Origin: a virus
Lineage: Duplodnaviria; Caudoviricetes
DNA: 61,326 nt
Reading direction: 5' to 3' (one strand)
IMG/VR virus record: IMGVR_UViG_3300027896_002454
Location: 1 to 61,326 of that record
The position numbers and the translations under genes were made by a program. This document shows positions 10,238 through 19,255 of this stretch, in pieces. The notes beneath the pieces were generated by a model. The model saw nothing but the letters and a program-made list of their open reading frames with translations, made no database searches and had not been told where the DNA came from. Every line of letters starts with the position of its first letter. Position 1 is the stretch's first letter.

Positions 10238-11110
10238 TTATACATCATGAATAACTGCTCTTCCCTCTTGCCGTTCCCAGTTTCGATCTTTTCTGATCTT
10301 ATCATTTATGCTATTAGCAGCTTTAGCTAATTCATCTGGAAATATAGGCTCTGCAAACTGAATAAAGTTATTAGAATCTTTTGGTAAGCAGTGGCCTCCA
10401 AATCCAAAATCTCCATCCCAACCAGGAACTACAGTATGTGATTCTCCAATTCTTGGATCAAAAAACATGATTTGTTTGACTTCGTCAAAATCTGCTCCGA
10501 GACCTTTAGAGACAAAATAATATTCGTTGAATAACGCTACTTTAACTGCAAAATACGTATTCATGAAATATTTACTCAGCTCTGAATTAATAGTTTTTGT
10601 ATGAAACATTCCTTCGCATTTCATTAATCCTCTATTATAAGCTCCAATAAAAATATCTTCTATTTGTTTCTTATAATATTCAGACATTGATTTTTCATAC
10701 ATTTCACTATCATGCCCAAGAACTATAGCTTTTCCACTTTTAAAATCTTCTACAGCTGTTTTTTCTGTTAAAAATTCTGGCATGTGAAATAAACAAACTT
10801 TATATTTTCCTGCTAAATATTTTGTAGTTCCAGGAGTTATAGTTGATCTTATAATAACTGGAGCCATTTGTCTAAGTTTTTCTATTTGAGATACAACAGT
10901 TTCTACAATAGAAAAATCACATGTTTTATTAGACATCTTCATTGGTGTTGGAACACAAACGAAAATTATATCTGAATTTTTTACTGTATCTTCAAAAGTG
11001 TGAGTTGATAATGCAGGATTTTTATCATACATTTTAAAATCTACAAAACTTTCTAAAACTGTCTTTAATGTACCGCCGAGAAATCCAGCGCCAATGCAAC
11101 CTATAGTCAT
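10238..11110 (-). CDS. ugd: UDP-glucose/GDP-mannose dehydrogenase family protein (short form lacking C-terminal domain)
   Basis: IGAGFLG, FVCVPTP, RSTITPGT, PEFLTE, SELSKY, GFGGHCLPKD. Confidence 0.85.
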   Translation of the reverse strand: MTIGCIGAGFLGGTLKTVLESFVDFKMYDKNPALSTHTFEDTVKNSDIIFVCVPTPMKMSNKTCDFSIVETVVSQIEKLRQMAPVIIRSTITPGTTKYLAGKYKVCLFHMPEFLTEKTAVEDFKSGKAIVLGHDSEMYEKSMSEYYKKQIEDIFIGAYNRGLMKCEGMFHTKTINSELSKYFMNTYFAVKVALFNEYYFVSKGLGADFDEVKQIMFFDPRIGESHTVVPGWDGDFGFGGHCLPKDSNNFIQFAEPIFPDELAKAANSINDKIRKDRNWERQEGRAVIHDV

Positions 11111-11115
11111 AATGA

Positions 11116-11448
11116 TTACCTTTCTTTATATTTGTTTAAGTAATTATCTACTGCAATTGAAACAATTTCTGCTTCATGATCTATATGATAGTAAGATAAA
11201 TTTGGTGTTTTAGAAAATTCTTTTTTGAGTTCTTCTACTAACAACAATATGTCGACGTTATTATTTTGTCTATATAATCTTGCTATAGCAGGTAACAAGC
11301 ATTGTAGAACTTGTTTTTCTAAAATATCTTTGTATTCTATTAAAAAATTACGAGCTTCATCTAATTTATTTGATAATTCTATTTTTTGATTATCATCTAA
11401 ATCTTTTAGTAAACCAGTTTTTTCCCAAGTTATATATTTTTCGATCAT
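11116..11448 (-). CDS. Small protein resembling the N-terminal segment of T4 gp23-like major capsid proteins
   Basis: WEKTGLLKDL...LPAIARLY similar to KWEKTGLLEGL...LPLVRRVF (recalled). Confidence 0.45.
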   Translation of the reverse strand: MIEKYITWEKTGLLKDLDDNQKIELSNKLDEARNFLIEYKDILEKQVLQCLLPAIARLYRQNNNVDILLLVEELKKEFSKTPNLSYYHIDHEAEIVSIAVDNYLNKYKER

Positions 11449-11451
11449 ATT

Positions 11452-11817
11452 CTATTTATATTTTGTCAAAACGTCTAGTAAATTTTTATAAAAAATCATC
11501 AATTTTGCTATATATTCATCTTCTTCTAAATTTGTATCTTTAAAGATTGTTATATTATAAGCTTTAACATTAGTAGAATTTAATTCGTTAAAAGAATCTT
11601 CATGTCCACTAAAAACTAATTCTCCATAAGGATGTTTATTTTTTAATATTTCGTTCAAATCACGAACAAAATCATAAGATCTATTATCATAAGTTAATAT
11701 GATAAATCTTATATTATTAGCTTTATTATTAATTCTAGAGAGTCTAGAAAAGCCCATATTACCCCAGCTTTTTCTAACTTTGTCAATTTGTTTATTCAAT
11801 TCACTGTATTTGTTCAT
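11452..11817 (-). CDS. Hypothetical protein
   Basis: ORF in operon. Confidence 0.6.
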   Translation of the reverse strand: MNKYSELNKQIDKVRKSWGNMGFSRLSRINNKANNIRFIILTYDNRSYDFVRDLNEILKNKHPYGELVFSGHEDSFNELNSTNVKAYNITIFKDTNLEEDEYIAKLMIFYKNLLDVLTKYK

Positions 11818-12136
11818 CTTCTTTTGGAACCAATTCTGGTATTTTCATACCTTTTTCTTCTTTCCACTTTATTTCAAAAAGACTTAAAAGTTTGTCTACA
11901 TTATATTCACATTGTTCTTTTACTAAAATGAAAAATGTTTCAAAACTAGCTCTAGTAGAATTTATAGATGCTAAAATAGCAGCAATTTTCATACAAACAT
12001 TAAAATCTTCATTCCCATCAAGTTCATTTTCGGCAACTCCTTGTAAAAGAGTCCTTTTTGTGGTATATAATTCTCTTAATTGTTTTATGAAATTTTCTAA
12101 TTTTTTTAATTCAATTTCTTTTTGATTTTCTTCCAT
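11801..12136 (-). CDS. Hypothetical protein, paralog of C-terminal part of 21535..22011
   Basis: Shared NEDFN(V/I)CMKIA and KWKEE.G.K.P.LV motifs. Confidence 0.7.
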   Translation of the reverse strand: MEENQKEIELKKLENFIKQLRELYTTKRTLLQGVAENELDGNEDFNVCMKIAAILASINSTRASFETFFILVKEQCEYNVDKLLSLFEIKWKEEKGMKIPELVPKEDEQIQ

Positions 12137-12148
12137 TTTTATCTTTCT

Positions 12149-12236
12149 AAAAAAATAGGGAAACGTGTAATCGTAATCAAATTTTTAGTTGTTTAGACTT
12201 TTAGGAGAGTTTGATTACAATACAAATTTCCCTATT
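12149..12236 (-). terminator. Long imperfect stem-loop followed by U-tract (terminator and/or structured RNA)
   Basis: AATAGGGAAA 12154-12163 pairs with TTTCCCTATT 12227-12236; inner GTAATCAAA/TTTGATTAC; U7 on minus strand at its 3' end. Confidence 0.6.
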
Positions 12237-12237
12237 G

Positions 12238-12351
12238 TTATGTAAAAAGAGGATCAACTTCCTCTTGTTCACTAGATTGCTTTAGTATTTTCTTAATTAT
12301 AAATATTGATGCTACACTTAACAAAGCAACTATTATAATACCTTTTTTCAT
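12238..12351 (-). CDS. 37-aa single-pass membrane peptide (not in ORF track)
   Basis: MKKGIIIVALLSVASIFIIKKILKQSSEQEEVDPLFT; ATG directly follows the transglycosylase stop. Confidence 0.55.
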   Translation of the reverse strand: MKKGIIIVALLSVASIFIIKKILKQSSEQEEVDPLFT

Positions 12352-12933
12352 TTAATTATCTTTTAATTTAGACCAAAATTCAAATACTTTATTAACATAT
12401 TGCCAATTTCTAGGCGGTTTGTTATTTTTATAATCTTCTTTTATAGCAACTGGTCCTGCTTGATAAGCTGCTATACCATATAATATGTTTCCATGAAATA
12501 TATTAGTGTAATCTTTTAACACAGAACATGACGTGAATCCATTAATTATAGGATTCATCAAACTATCTGCTGTTAATTTTGGATTTATTCCTTTAGCTGT
12601 TGGCAGATGAACTTGTCCTAAGCTAAAAGCTTTTCCACCATCTCCTTTAGCATTTGGATCCATTTTACTTTCTACCATCCATATACTATAAGGAATTTTC
12701 CAATCAAGTGTGTCTCTTCTCCCTGCTTCTTTTGCTAATTCATAGTAAAGTTTTTCTTGTAATGATGCTTTTGTTGAATCTAAAACTTTAATTTGATTTA
12801 CTAATGAATAAAAATCTTGTCTATTTATAGTGTTTTCTTTTTTTGTTTCTGCATTAGGATTATATATAATAGCAAATCCAATTATAAATGCAATACTAAA
12901 TAATCCTGCAAGAAATGTCTTTATCTTACTCAT
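12352..12933 (-). CDS. Lytic transglycosylase (SLT domain) with N-terminal membrane anchor
   Basis: VES.MDPNAKG, SLGQV, IAAYQAG, YVNKV; RBS AGGAG. Confidence 0.85.
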   Translation of the reverse strand: MSKIKTFLAGLFSIAFIIGFAIIYNPNAETKKENTINRQDFYSLVNQIKVLDSTKASLQEKLYYELAKEAGRRDTLDWKIPYSIWMVESKMDPNAKGDGGKAFSLGQVHLPTAKGINPKLTADSLMNPIINGFTSCSVLKDYTNIFHGNILYGIAAYQAGPVAIKEDYKNNKPPRNWQYVNKVFEFWSKLKDN

Positions 12934-12979
12934 TAATTTCTCCTATGTTAGTGTGTAGATAAGATAAATATAGAAAAAA

Positions 12980-13390
12980 TCAATTTAATGACTCTTTGAA
13001 ACTTTCTATATAGAAAGCTAAAGCATTTTCGACCACTCTAAGTACATCTTCGTCAACATTATCAAATTTTATTTCATTAGTTATTGAAACATATTTCAAC
13101 GCATTATGCAATTTACCTTTTTGATCTAATGGTAAATTTTCATAAACATTAATCATTTTTTGTGTGTCATCTTTCTTAAAACTTTTTACACCAAGAATAA
13201 ATTTATTAAGTTTTGGATGCAAAGAAACAAATAACAAAAATTGTCTTGGTGTCTTTGAAGACTTATGTAATAAAATTGCATGATTTTCTTCGTCTTCTAC
13301 AAGCACGTCTGAAAATTTTGATAGTAAAATGTCTTTATAAGTTTTAAGTCTAGTTGCTAATTCTTCTTCACTGACTATCGGCTTTGCCAT
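12980..13390 (-). CDS. Hypothetical protein
   Basis: ORF; start taken at MAKP after AAGGAAG. Confidence 0.6.
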   Translation of the reverse strand: MAKPIVSEEELATRLKTYKDILLSKFSDVLVEDEENHAILLHKSSKTPRQFLLFVSLHPKLNKFILGVKSFKKDDTQKMINVYENLPLDQKGKLHNALKYVSITNEIKFDNVDEDVLRVVENALAFYIESFKESLN

Positions 13391-14375
13391 GTAACTTCCT
13401 TTCAAAATATTTTTTGTATATTTCTGATTGAAACTGATTTAAATCTACTTTATCTGTTTCTTTTCTTTTTATTTGTAGTTGATACTTCATTACTAATAGT
13501 AAATCATTCCAATATGGATTTAATTTACGTTCTTTAAAAATATTTATATATTTTTCTGGGTGGAAAAGATCGTCAAAGCTTTTAAATGTTTCTTCTGCAT
13601 TATTTAATCCACCAATCATTTTTGGCATTTCATATGTATCAAAATTAACATTATCAATAATTCTTTTTGCTTTTTCTATATCTTTTTCATATAAATGAAA
13701 ACTTCCAGCAATATGATTATATTCTCCTAATTCACAATTTAATTCATTTGCTATTAATTCTTGAATCATTGTAAATGAAAATACATCTATAACATGTCCA
13801 AGCATAGCATCATTACTTCTCATATAAACATTCATATTTAATTTATTATCTCTTATCATAAAATGAAACATTACTGTACAAGGAACGTCTTTAGTCTTAA
13901 CATAATCTTTTGTAGGATCAAATATAGTCATTATTGCTTGCCTTGAATCTTTATCTGTTTTTAATTTGTGTATAACTTCTTGAAATTGATCTATTTTATA
14001 TTCTATCGGAGTATCGCTAAGTTTTAATTCCCATTTATCCATATATGATAATGATCTTAATCTTGGTCCATAAGCCCCTCTAAATACTTTTCCATCATCG
14101 CTAAATTGTTTTATGTTTGGAGTTAATGCAGCTAACATTTCGACTCTATCGTCTCCGATAACCATAGATAAAAATTCTAATATATTAAAACCAAGATTGA
14201 TATTTCTTACTTCATTATAGATTATTCTATTTCTAGGATTCTTTAAAGTAAAACAAAAAGGAGATAACTCAATAGTCTTTAACCCTCTTGGCTCTACTAT
14301 TGTTCCTTTATCTAAGAGTAATTTTAAAGAAGATTGATAACCATAATCAAATATTTCATGTTCAATTGTATACAT
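13368..14375 (-). CDS. Thymidylate synthase-family enzyme, dCMP-modifying type (dCMP hydroxymethylase-like)
   Basis: PRG, GAYGPR, DSRQA, DVPCT, MRSNDAMLGHVID (Asp at the ThyA Asn177 position), GSFHLY. Confidence 0.8.
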   Translation of the reverse strand: MYTIEHEIFDYGYQSSLKLLLDKGTIVEPRGLKTIELSPFCFTLKNPRNRIIYNEVRNINLGFNILEFLSMVIGDDRVEMLAALTPNIKQFSDDGKVFRGAYGPRLRSLSYMDKWELKLSDTPIEYKIDQFQEVIHKLKTDKDSRQAIMTIFDPTKDYVKTKDVPCTVMFHFMIRDNKLNMNVYMRSNDAMLGHVIDVFSFTMIQELIANELNCELGEYNHIAGSFHLYEKDIEKAKRIIDNVNFDTYEMPKMIGGLNNAEETFKSFDDLFHPEKYINIFKERKLNPYWNDLLLVMKYQLQIKRKETDKVDLNQFQSEIYKKYFERKLHGKADSQ

Positions 14376-14653
14376 TATTTCTTTTCATAAAAAATATGTC
14401 CACAACTATCACAAGTTTTAAATCCATTTATTAAAATTGATTGTTTTTTATAAGCTTCACTTAATTTTAAATTTAATTCATTAAGTAAATCATAATCATC
14501 TTTAAACTTTTCTGTTAAAGCTTTTTGAGCTTTTTCTTCTTCTTTCCATAATCTTCTATCTACTGTATTATACTTCTTATTTAATTTAAGAATTTCATTT
14601 CCTAATGATTTATATTCTTCTTTTTGAGCTTTTGTTAAATTTACTTTTTCCAT
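14375..14653 (-). CDS. Hypothetical coiled-coil protein with C-terminal CxxC
   Basis: ORF; CDSCG. Confidence 0.6.
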   Translation of the reverse strand: MEKVNLTKAQKEEYKSLGNEILKLNKKYNTVDRRLWKEEEKAQKALTEKFKDDYDLLNELNLKLSEAYKKQSILINGFKTCDSCGHIFYEKK

Positions 14654-14656
14654 TGT

Positions 14657-14833
14657 TTACCTCAATTTAAGTTCTGATTCGTGAAATGTTCCTAATTTAT
14701 TACCATTTTTATCTTCAAGTTCTACAGTACCATCTCTATTAACTTTTTTAACTTCTCCTATAACTTTTGCAGTTACAAAAGATGTTACATCGACTCTTTT
14801 TTCTACTAAATCACCTTTTTTAAGTTTATTCAT
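14657..14833 (-). CDS. 58-aa small beta-barrel-like protein (not in ORF track)
   Basis: MNKLKKGDLVEKRVD...GEVKKVNRDGTVEL...FHESELKLR fills the gap between neighbours. Confidence 0.6.
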   Translation of the reverse strand: MNKLKKGDLVEKRVDVTSFVTAKVIGEVKKVNRDGTVELEDKNGNKLGTFHESELKLR

Positions 14834-15362
14834 TATATATTTCTTTTAGCCTTTCTGTTATTTCTTTTACTTGTTTGTTTAAATCTTGATCAGTTGTATC
14901 TAAATATATATGCTTACATTTAGTAACTATAAAAAATTGAGTATAATTAAATTTTAACATATTATATTTATCAATATCAAATCTTTCATCTTTTTCTTCA
15001 TTATTAACTTTTTCGCAATAAACAATCGTAGTATTTAAATTAGAAAACATTTTATCAAGTTTTCCTATTAAATCTAAATCTACATTCCTATTAAACGTTT
15101 TACCATAAGCATATTCAGAAGGATATCCTCTATCTATAATCATTGAATATCCAGTTTGTCTTAATAATTCTGCTAAAAATGGTTGATCAAATTTTGTTGC
15201 TAATTCATATTCTGATTTATCCCAGTAATCATGAGCCGTAAACTTAAAATATGGTATATCTAAGACTTTAGATAATTCTTTAGCAATTGTGCTTTTTCCT
15301 ACTTTGTCCGGGCCCTCCATCAAAATTATTTTCTGCTTATTTTGCACTCTTAATCTCCTCAA
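14826..15362 (-). CDS. dNMP/thymidylate kinase-like P-loop protein
   Basis: MEGPDKVGKST, IIDRGYPSEYAYG; true start may be the GTG after GAGGAG. Confidence 0.85.
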   Translation of the reverse strand: MRRLRVQNKQKIILMEGPDKVGKSTIAKELSKVLDIPYFKFTAHDYWDKSEYELATKFDQPFLAELLRQTGYSMIIDRGYPSEYAYGKTFNRNVDLDLIGKLDKMFSNLNTTIVYCEKVNNEEKDERFDIDKYNMLKFNYTQFFIVTKCKHIYLDTTDQDLNKQVKEITERLKEIYNE

Positions 15363-16137
15363 GTTTCTTATTAAATCTATCAGTTAATTCTAAATCTTTA
15401 TTTTCTTTCATCAAAAACAAATCATCAAAAGTTACTTGTTCAAAATCATTTTCTGTTAAAATCTTAAACTTTTTTCCAAATTTCTTTTTTGCTGCATTAG
15501 TTTTAACTTTAATCTCTTTGATATTAAGCATTTTAGAATTTTTTATTTCTATATATAAATCTTCATCTATTAAATAAAAATCTGGATAATATGTTCTATC
15601 TTTTTTATTAACTTTATATTTGATTCCGTGTTTGCTAAGTTCACCAGTTTCAAAATTTATGCTATTGTCAATTAAATATTTTAAGTATGCAAGCTCCATT
15701 AAACTTCTAAAAAAATGTCCTTTATATCGTCCAGTCCATCCTTTACCAGCTTTAATTGACGGTGGTTTACCATACATAGGATTATTTTTTCCACTATTAG
15801 CTATTGACAATTTTAATTTTATATCTTTAGCTTTTTTAATACCATATTGTGATTCTAACGTTCCTAATCTTGGATTATCACCAAAACCATGCGTATACTT
15901 TGCGCCATAATTTGGATTACCTTTTCCAGAAAATCGTATCGATATTTCATTTTTTCTTTTCTCAGCTTTATTTGGTGATATTTCTTCAAACGTGTGTCCT
16001 TTGCAAACTTTTGCTGCATTCTTTATCATTTTTTCATGAATTTCTGGCATGTTTTCATATCGCCATTTATTAGAACAATGTTTGTCACAAAATCTCCATT
16101 TAGCTTTTTTCTTTCCACACCATTCACATTTATTCAT
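15337..16137 (-). mobile_element. Free-standing endonuclease (NUMOD3-like repeats + TnsA-like PD-(D/E)XK domain)
   Basis: SGKGNPNYG, SGKNNPMYGK, FRSLMEL, YYPDFY..IEIK. Confidence 0.75.
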
Positions 16138-16182
16138 TTTTCAATCTCCATAATGATAAATATATCGAAGGTCTTGATAAAG

Positions 16183-17307
16183 CTATATATTTTCTATAAA
16201 TTCATTGAATTTTTTAGCTGCTGATGCTACAACTTGATCCATATCATAATACTTATATTGTGCTAATCTACCTACAAAAATAACATTCTTTAAATCTTTA
16301 GTTAATTCTTCGTATTTATTATATATTTCTATATTTCTTTGATCTCTTATTGGATAAGAAGGATTTTCTCCTTCATCTTCTTTTGAATATTCTTTAGATA
16401 TAAATGTCTTATCAAATCTCTTTTCTGGAGTGAAATATTTGTGCTCAATTATTCTTGTCCAAGGAAAATCCATATCTGCATAATTCATAATTGAAGTTCC
16501 TTGATAATCTCCATCATGTATTTCTGTGCTCCAATAAGAAGACCTATAATCTAATTTTTCAAATTGTCTATCAAAATATTCATCAATTGGTCCAGTATAT
16601 ATAATATAATCAAATTTCGATGATTTGTAAACTGAAAAATTAGTTTCTAATTCTATTTTTATCTTTGGATGATCTAACATGTATTTTATCATTTCGGTAT
16701 AACCAGTAGATGGAATACCTTGATATTTAGCATTGTTAAAATATGTATCATCATAATTAAATCTAACTGGCAGTCTTTTTATAATAGATATTGGCAAATC
16801 TTTACATTTTCTTCCCCATTGTTTTTCAGTATAAAATCTATAAAACACATGATACATGTTATTACCAACAATAGAAATAGCATATTCTTCAAAATTCTTT
16901 GGTTCTACTAATCCAATTCTATCACAATCTTCTTTTGCAACTTTCTTTATAAATTCTTCAGCTTCTTTTGGAGTAAAAGTAGCGTTATATAATTGATTTA
17001 TTGTATGAAGATTAATTGGTAAAGAAAATATCTCGTTAAAAGAATTAACTTTTGCTCTATGTTTATATTCATTAAAATGAGTAAATCTATTTAAATAATT
17101 CCAAACACCATCATCATTTGTATGAAATATATGAGGACCATAAGCGTGTACATCTATTCCAGTTATCTGATCTTTATAATTAAAACAATTACCAGCTATA
17201 TGTTTTTTCTTGTCTATAACAAGAATTTCACAATCTACTTTTTCTGCAAGTAAATTTGCAAACACAGAACCCGCCAAACCCGCTCCAACAATTAATATCT
17301 TTTTCAA
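16183..17307 (-). CDS. glf: UDP-galactopyranose mutase
   Basis: VGAGLAG, HIAGNC, YGPHIFHT, YTEKQWG, RLPVR, YQGIP, TRIIEHKYF, GRLAQYKYYDMDQ. Confidence 0.95.
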   Translation of the reverse strand: MKKILIVGAGLAGSVFANLLAEKVDCEILVIDKKKHIAGNCFNYKDQITGIDVHAYGPHIFHTNDDGVWNYLNRFTHFNEYKHRAKVNSFNEIFSLPINLHTINQLYNATFTPKEAEEFIKKVAKEDCDRIGLVEPKNFEEYAISIVGNNMYHVFYRFYTEKQWGRKCKDLPISIIKRLPVRFNYDDTYFNNAKYQGIPSTGYTEMIKYMLDHPKIKIELETNFSVYKSSKFDYIIYTGPIDEYFDRQFEKLDYRSSYWSTEIHDGDYQGTSIMNYADMDFPWTRIIEHKYFTPEKRFDKTFISKEYSKEDEGENPSYPIRDQRNIEIYNKYEELTKDLKNVIFVGRLAQYKYYDMDQVVASAAKKFNEFIENI

Positions 17308-17864
17308 TTTTTATCCCAAATTATAATAAAATTACATTTTAATTCTTTTTGTATCTCTTTTTGTCGTTTTTTATCTCGTTTTTTCTTTCCTTCATGTCAT
17401 TTTTCATACACTTCATAAATTGTATTCGTTTCATGGCAATAACCATCAACTGTGTAACCTAACCCTTTTACTAAAAATTGTCTTTTTATCTTACAATTAT
17501 CAATTTTTTCTTGTTCATTTAACAATTGCTTTTCGTTTTTGCCTAATTGAGAATAAAAACCATCTTTCTTAATTTGTTTTACTCTTATAAGTCTATTCTT
17601 TTTGGATATTTCTGCTAATATTTTATTGTTATCTTTTGTTAAATTTTTATTCCAAATTTTTATTTCATTATTTTTATATTTTTCTTTTAATGTCTTTTTT
17701 ATCTTTGACTTAGTTTTTTCATTATGCCATTCATTACCATTTTTTAATCTTGTTTTCACAGCTTTATTAATAGAATCATTGTCTACTTTTTTTAGACCTT
17801 TATTCCACGGAATACAGCCTTTTTTAAATCTACCAGAGGCTTTATACCCTATAGCTTTCTTCAT
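17304..17864 (-). pseudogene. Vsr/DUF559-like homing endonuclease with premature in-frame TGA at 17397-17399
   Basis: ...IYEVYEK*HEGKKKRDKKRQKEIQKELKCNFIIIWDKN; homology to paralogs continues in frame past the stop. Confidence 0.8.
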
Positions 17865-19015
17865 TTATTTAAAACATCCTCTATATGATCTACAAAAAAT
17901 CTTGCATCAAATGAAAACAAATTTTCTGCTTGATCCCAAATTCTATCATTTCTATAATAATCATTATTTTTTAATTCATCTACTACTTTCATAAGTTCAT
18001 ATGAATCTTTAACTTTTAATGGTATATAACATTGTGGGTCATGATGTTCATTAAACGCAACTGGAACTGATCCAAACATTATAGCTTCTGCTGGTCTTGG
18101 TGTAGTAAATCCGTGTCTAAAGTAATCTCTTTTGCCAAGCAAAGGAACGCATACAGCATCTCTATAAACATCATGAAAATCTTTTGTTGTTATTCTTTTA
18201 TTGAAAACTATGCCGGGCCATCTTTGTTCTGCTTCGGCTAATTTATCTGGATAATCTCTCCAATTACCATAAAAATGAACTTTACCATGTCTTTCTTTTG
18301 CATAAGGTTTTATATATTGATCTATTACGTCATCTCTTTCATATCTTGAGCCTATATACACTAACTCTTTATCTGCAGACCATTTTTCTGTTCGAAATTG
18401 TACTAAATCTTCATATAAACAAGGAGCATTTACAGAAGTCCTATGTATATATTGATGCATTGGATCAAATGCAGTTTCAAATATTGCATCAGGACACCAA
18501 TCTTTTTCATCTTTATACGTTAATTTATGATCTAAATCCCATAAAATTATTTTTGTTCCAGCTTCTTTGTAATGATGAAGCAATCTTTCTTGTATAAATA
18601 AATCAGGTTGATATCTTAAATCAAATTTTCCATTTTCAATTGGGTATATAAATCCATCAGCTAAACAATTTCTTCCTGGTATTGGAAAACGCCATTCAAC
18701 TAATAGAATGTCTAACTCTGGCAGATTTAATCCTTCTTTTTCAAAGAAATCATATTTTTTAGTTTTACTATAAGCATTCCATCTTTTTTCTTGAGAGAAA
18801 GCTTTGAAAGCATCTTTTCCATATAGTTCAACGGCCTCGAAATCCCTATCAGGTTGTAGTTGCCACACTTCATAATTACGTTTTAGCAATTCATGTATAA
18901 GAGCGTAAGAAAAAGTTGCATTACCACAAGGTGTAGATATCTCTTCTCCGTCTTTTATTTTGTAATCACTTGTGAATCCCCAAAAGCTGTATCCCAAACG
19001 AAATCTTTTATTCAT
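17861..19015 (-). CDS. GT-B glycosyltransferase, T4 beta-glucosyltransferase-like
   Basis: LVYIGSRYER, VHFYGNW, PLLGKRDY, FTTPRPAEAI align with the BGT C-terminal domain. Confidence 0.7.
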   Translation of the reverse strand: MNKRFRLGYSFWGFTSDYKIKDGEEISTPCGNATFSYALIHELLKRNYEVWQLQPDRDFEAVELYGKDAFKAFSQEKRWNAYSKTKKYDFFEKEGLNLPELDILLVEWRFPIPGRNCLADGFIYPIENGKFDLRYQPDLFIQERLLHHYKEAGTKIILWDLDHKLTYKDEKDWCPDAIFETAFDPMHQYIHRTSVNAPCLYEDLVQFRTEKWSADKELVYIGSRYERDDVIDQYIKPYAKERHGKVHFYGNWRDYPDKLAEAEQRWPGIVFNKRITTKDFHDVYRDAVCVPLLGKRDYFRHGFTTPRPAEAIMFGSVPVAFNEHHDPQCYIPLKVKDSYELMKVVDELKNNDYYRNDRIWDQAENLFSFDARFFVDHIEDVLNK

Positions 19016-19190
19016 TTATGTCCCAAATTATAATAAATTTGCATTTAAGTTCTTTTTGTATCTCTTTTTGACGTTTTTTATCGTGTTTCTCATTTTTTAA
19101 GTGAGCCGACTCATATATTTCATAAATAGTATTAGTTTCTTGGCAATAACCGTCTACAACATAACCTTGATGTTTATCTGTTTCATTCAT
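19008..19190 (-). pseudogene. Truncated remnant (C-terminal nuclease half) of the same endonuclease family
   Basis: GYVVDGYCQETNTIYEIYESAH..RQKEIQKELKCKFIIIWD; closely similar DNA to 17311-17460. Confidence 0.75.
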
Positions 19191-19246
19191 ATTAAAACCT
19201 TTCTAAATTTATAGTATAATATAATACATTTTTCGTTAAAAGTAAA
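19188..19246 (-). repeat. Promoter-RBS-ATG cassette, copy 1
   Basis: 56/59 nt identical to 22009-22067. Confidence 0.9.
19218..19246 (-). promoter_or_regulatory. Sigma70-like promoter TTTACT-N17-TATATT
   Basis: Same hexamers and 17-nt spacing at four intergenic sites. Confidence 0.7.
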
Positions 19247-19255
19247 TATTTCGTT

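Noticed and set aside
12244-12266. Hairpin AAGAGGA-N6-TCCTCTT with U-tract as an independent terminator
   Set aside because: Falls inside the 37-aa ORF and is weak; the longer stem just downstream is the better candidate
12299-12306. Additional ATATTTAT late-promoter match
   Set aside because: Lies within the small membrane ORF; may be chance
13368-14375. Annotation as ordinary thyA
   Set aside because: The specificity residue is Asp rather than Asn, and the context is DNA modification
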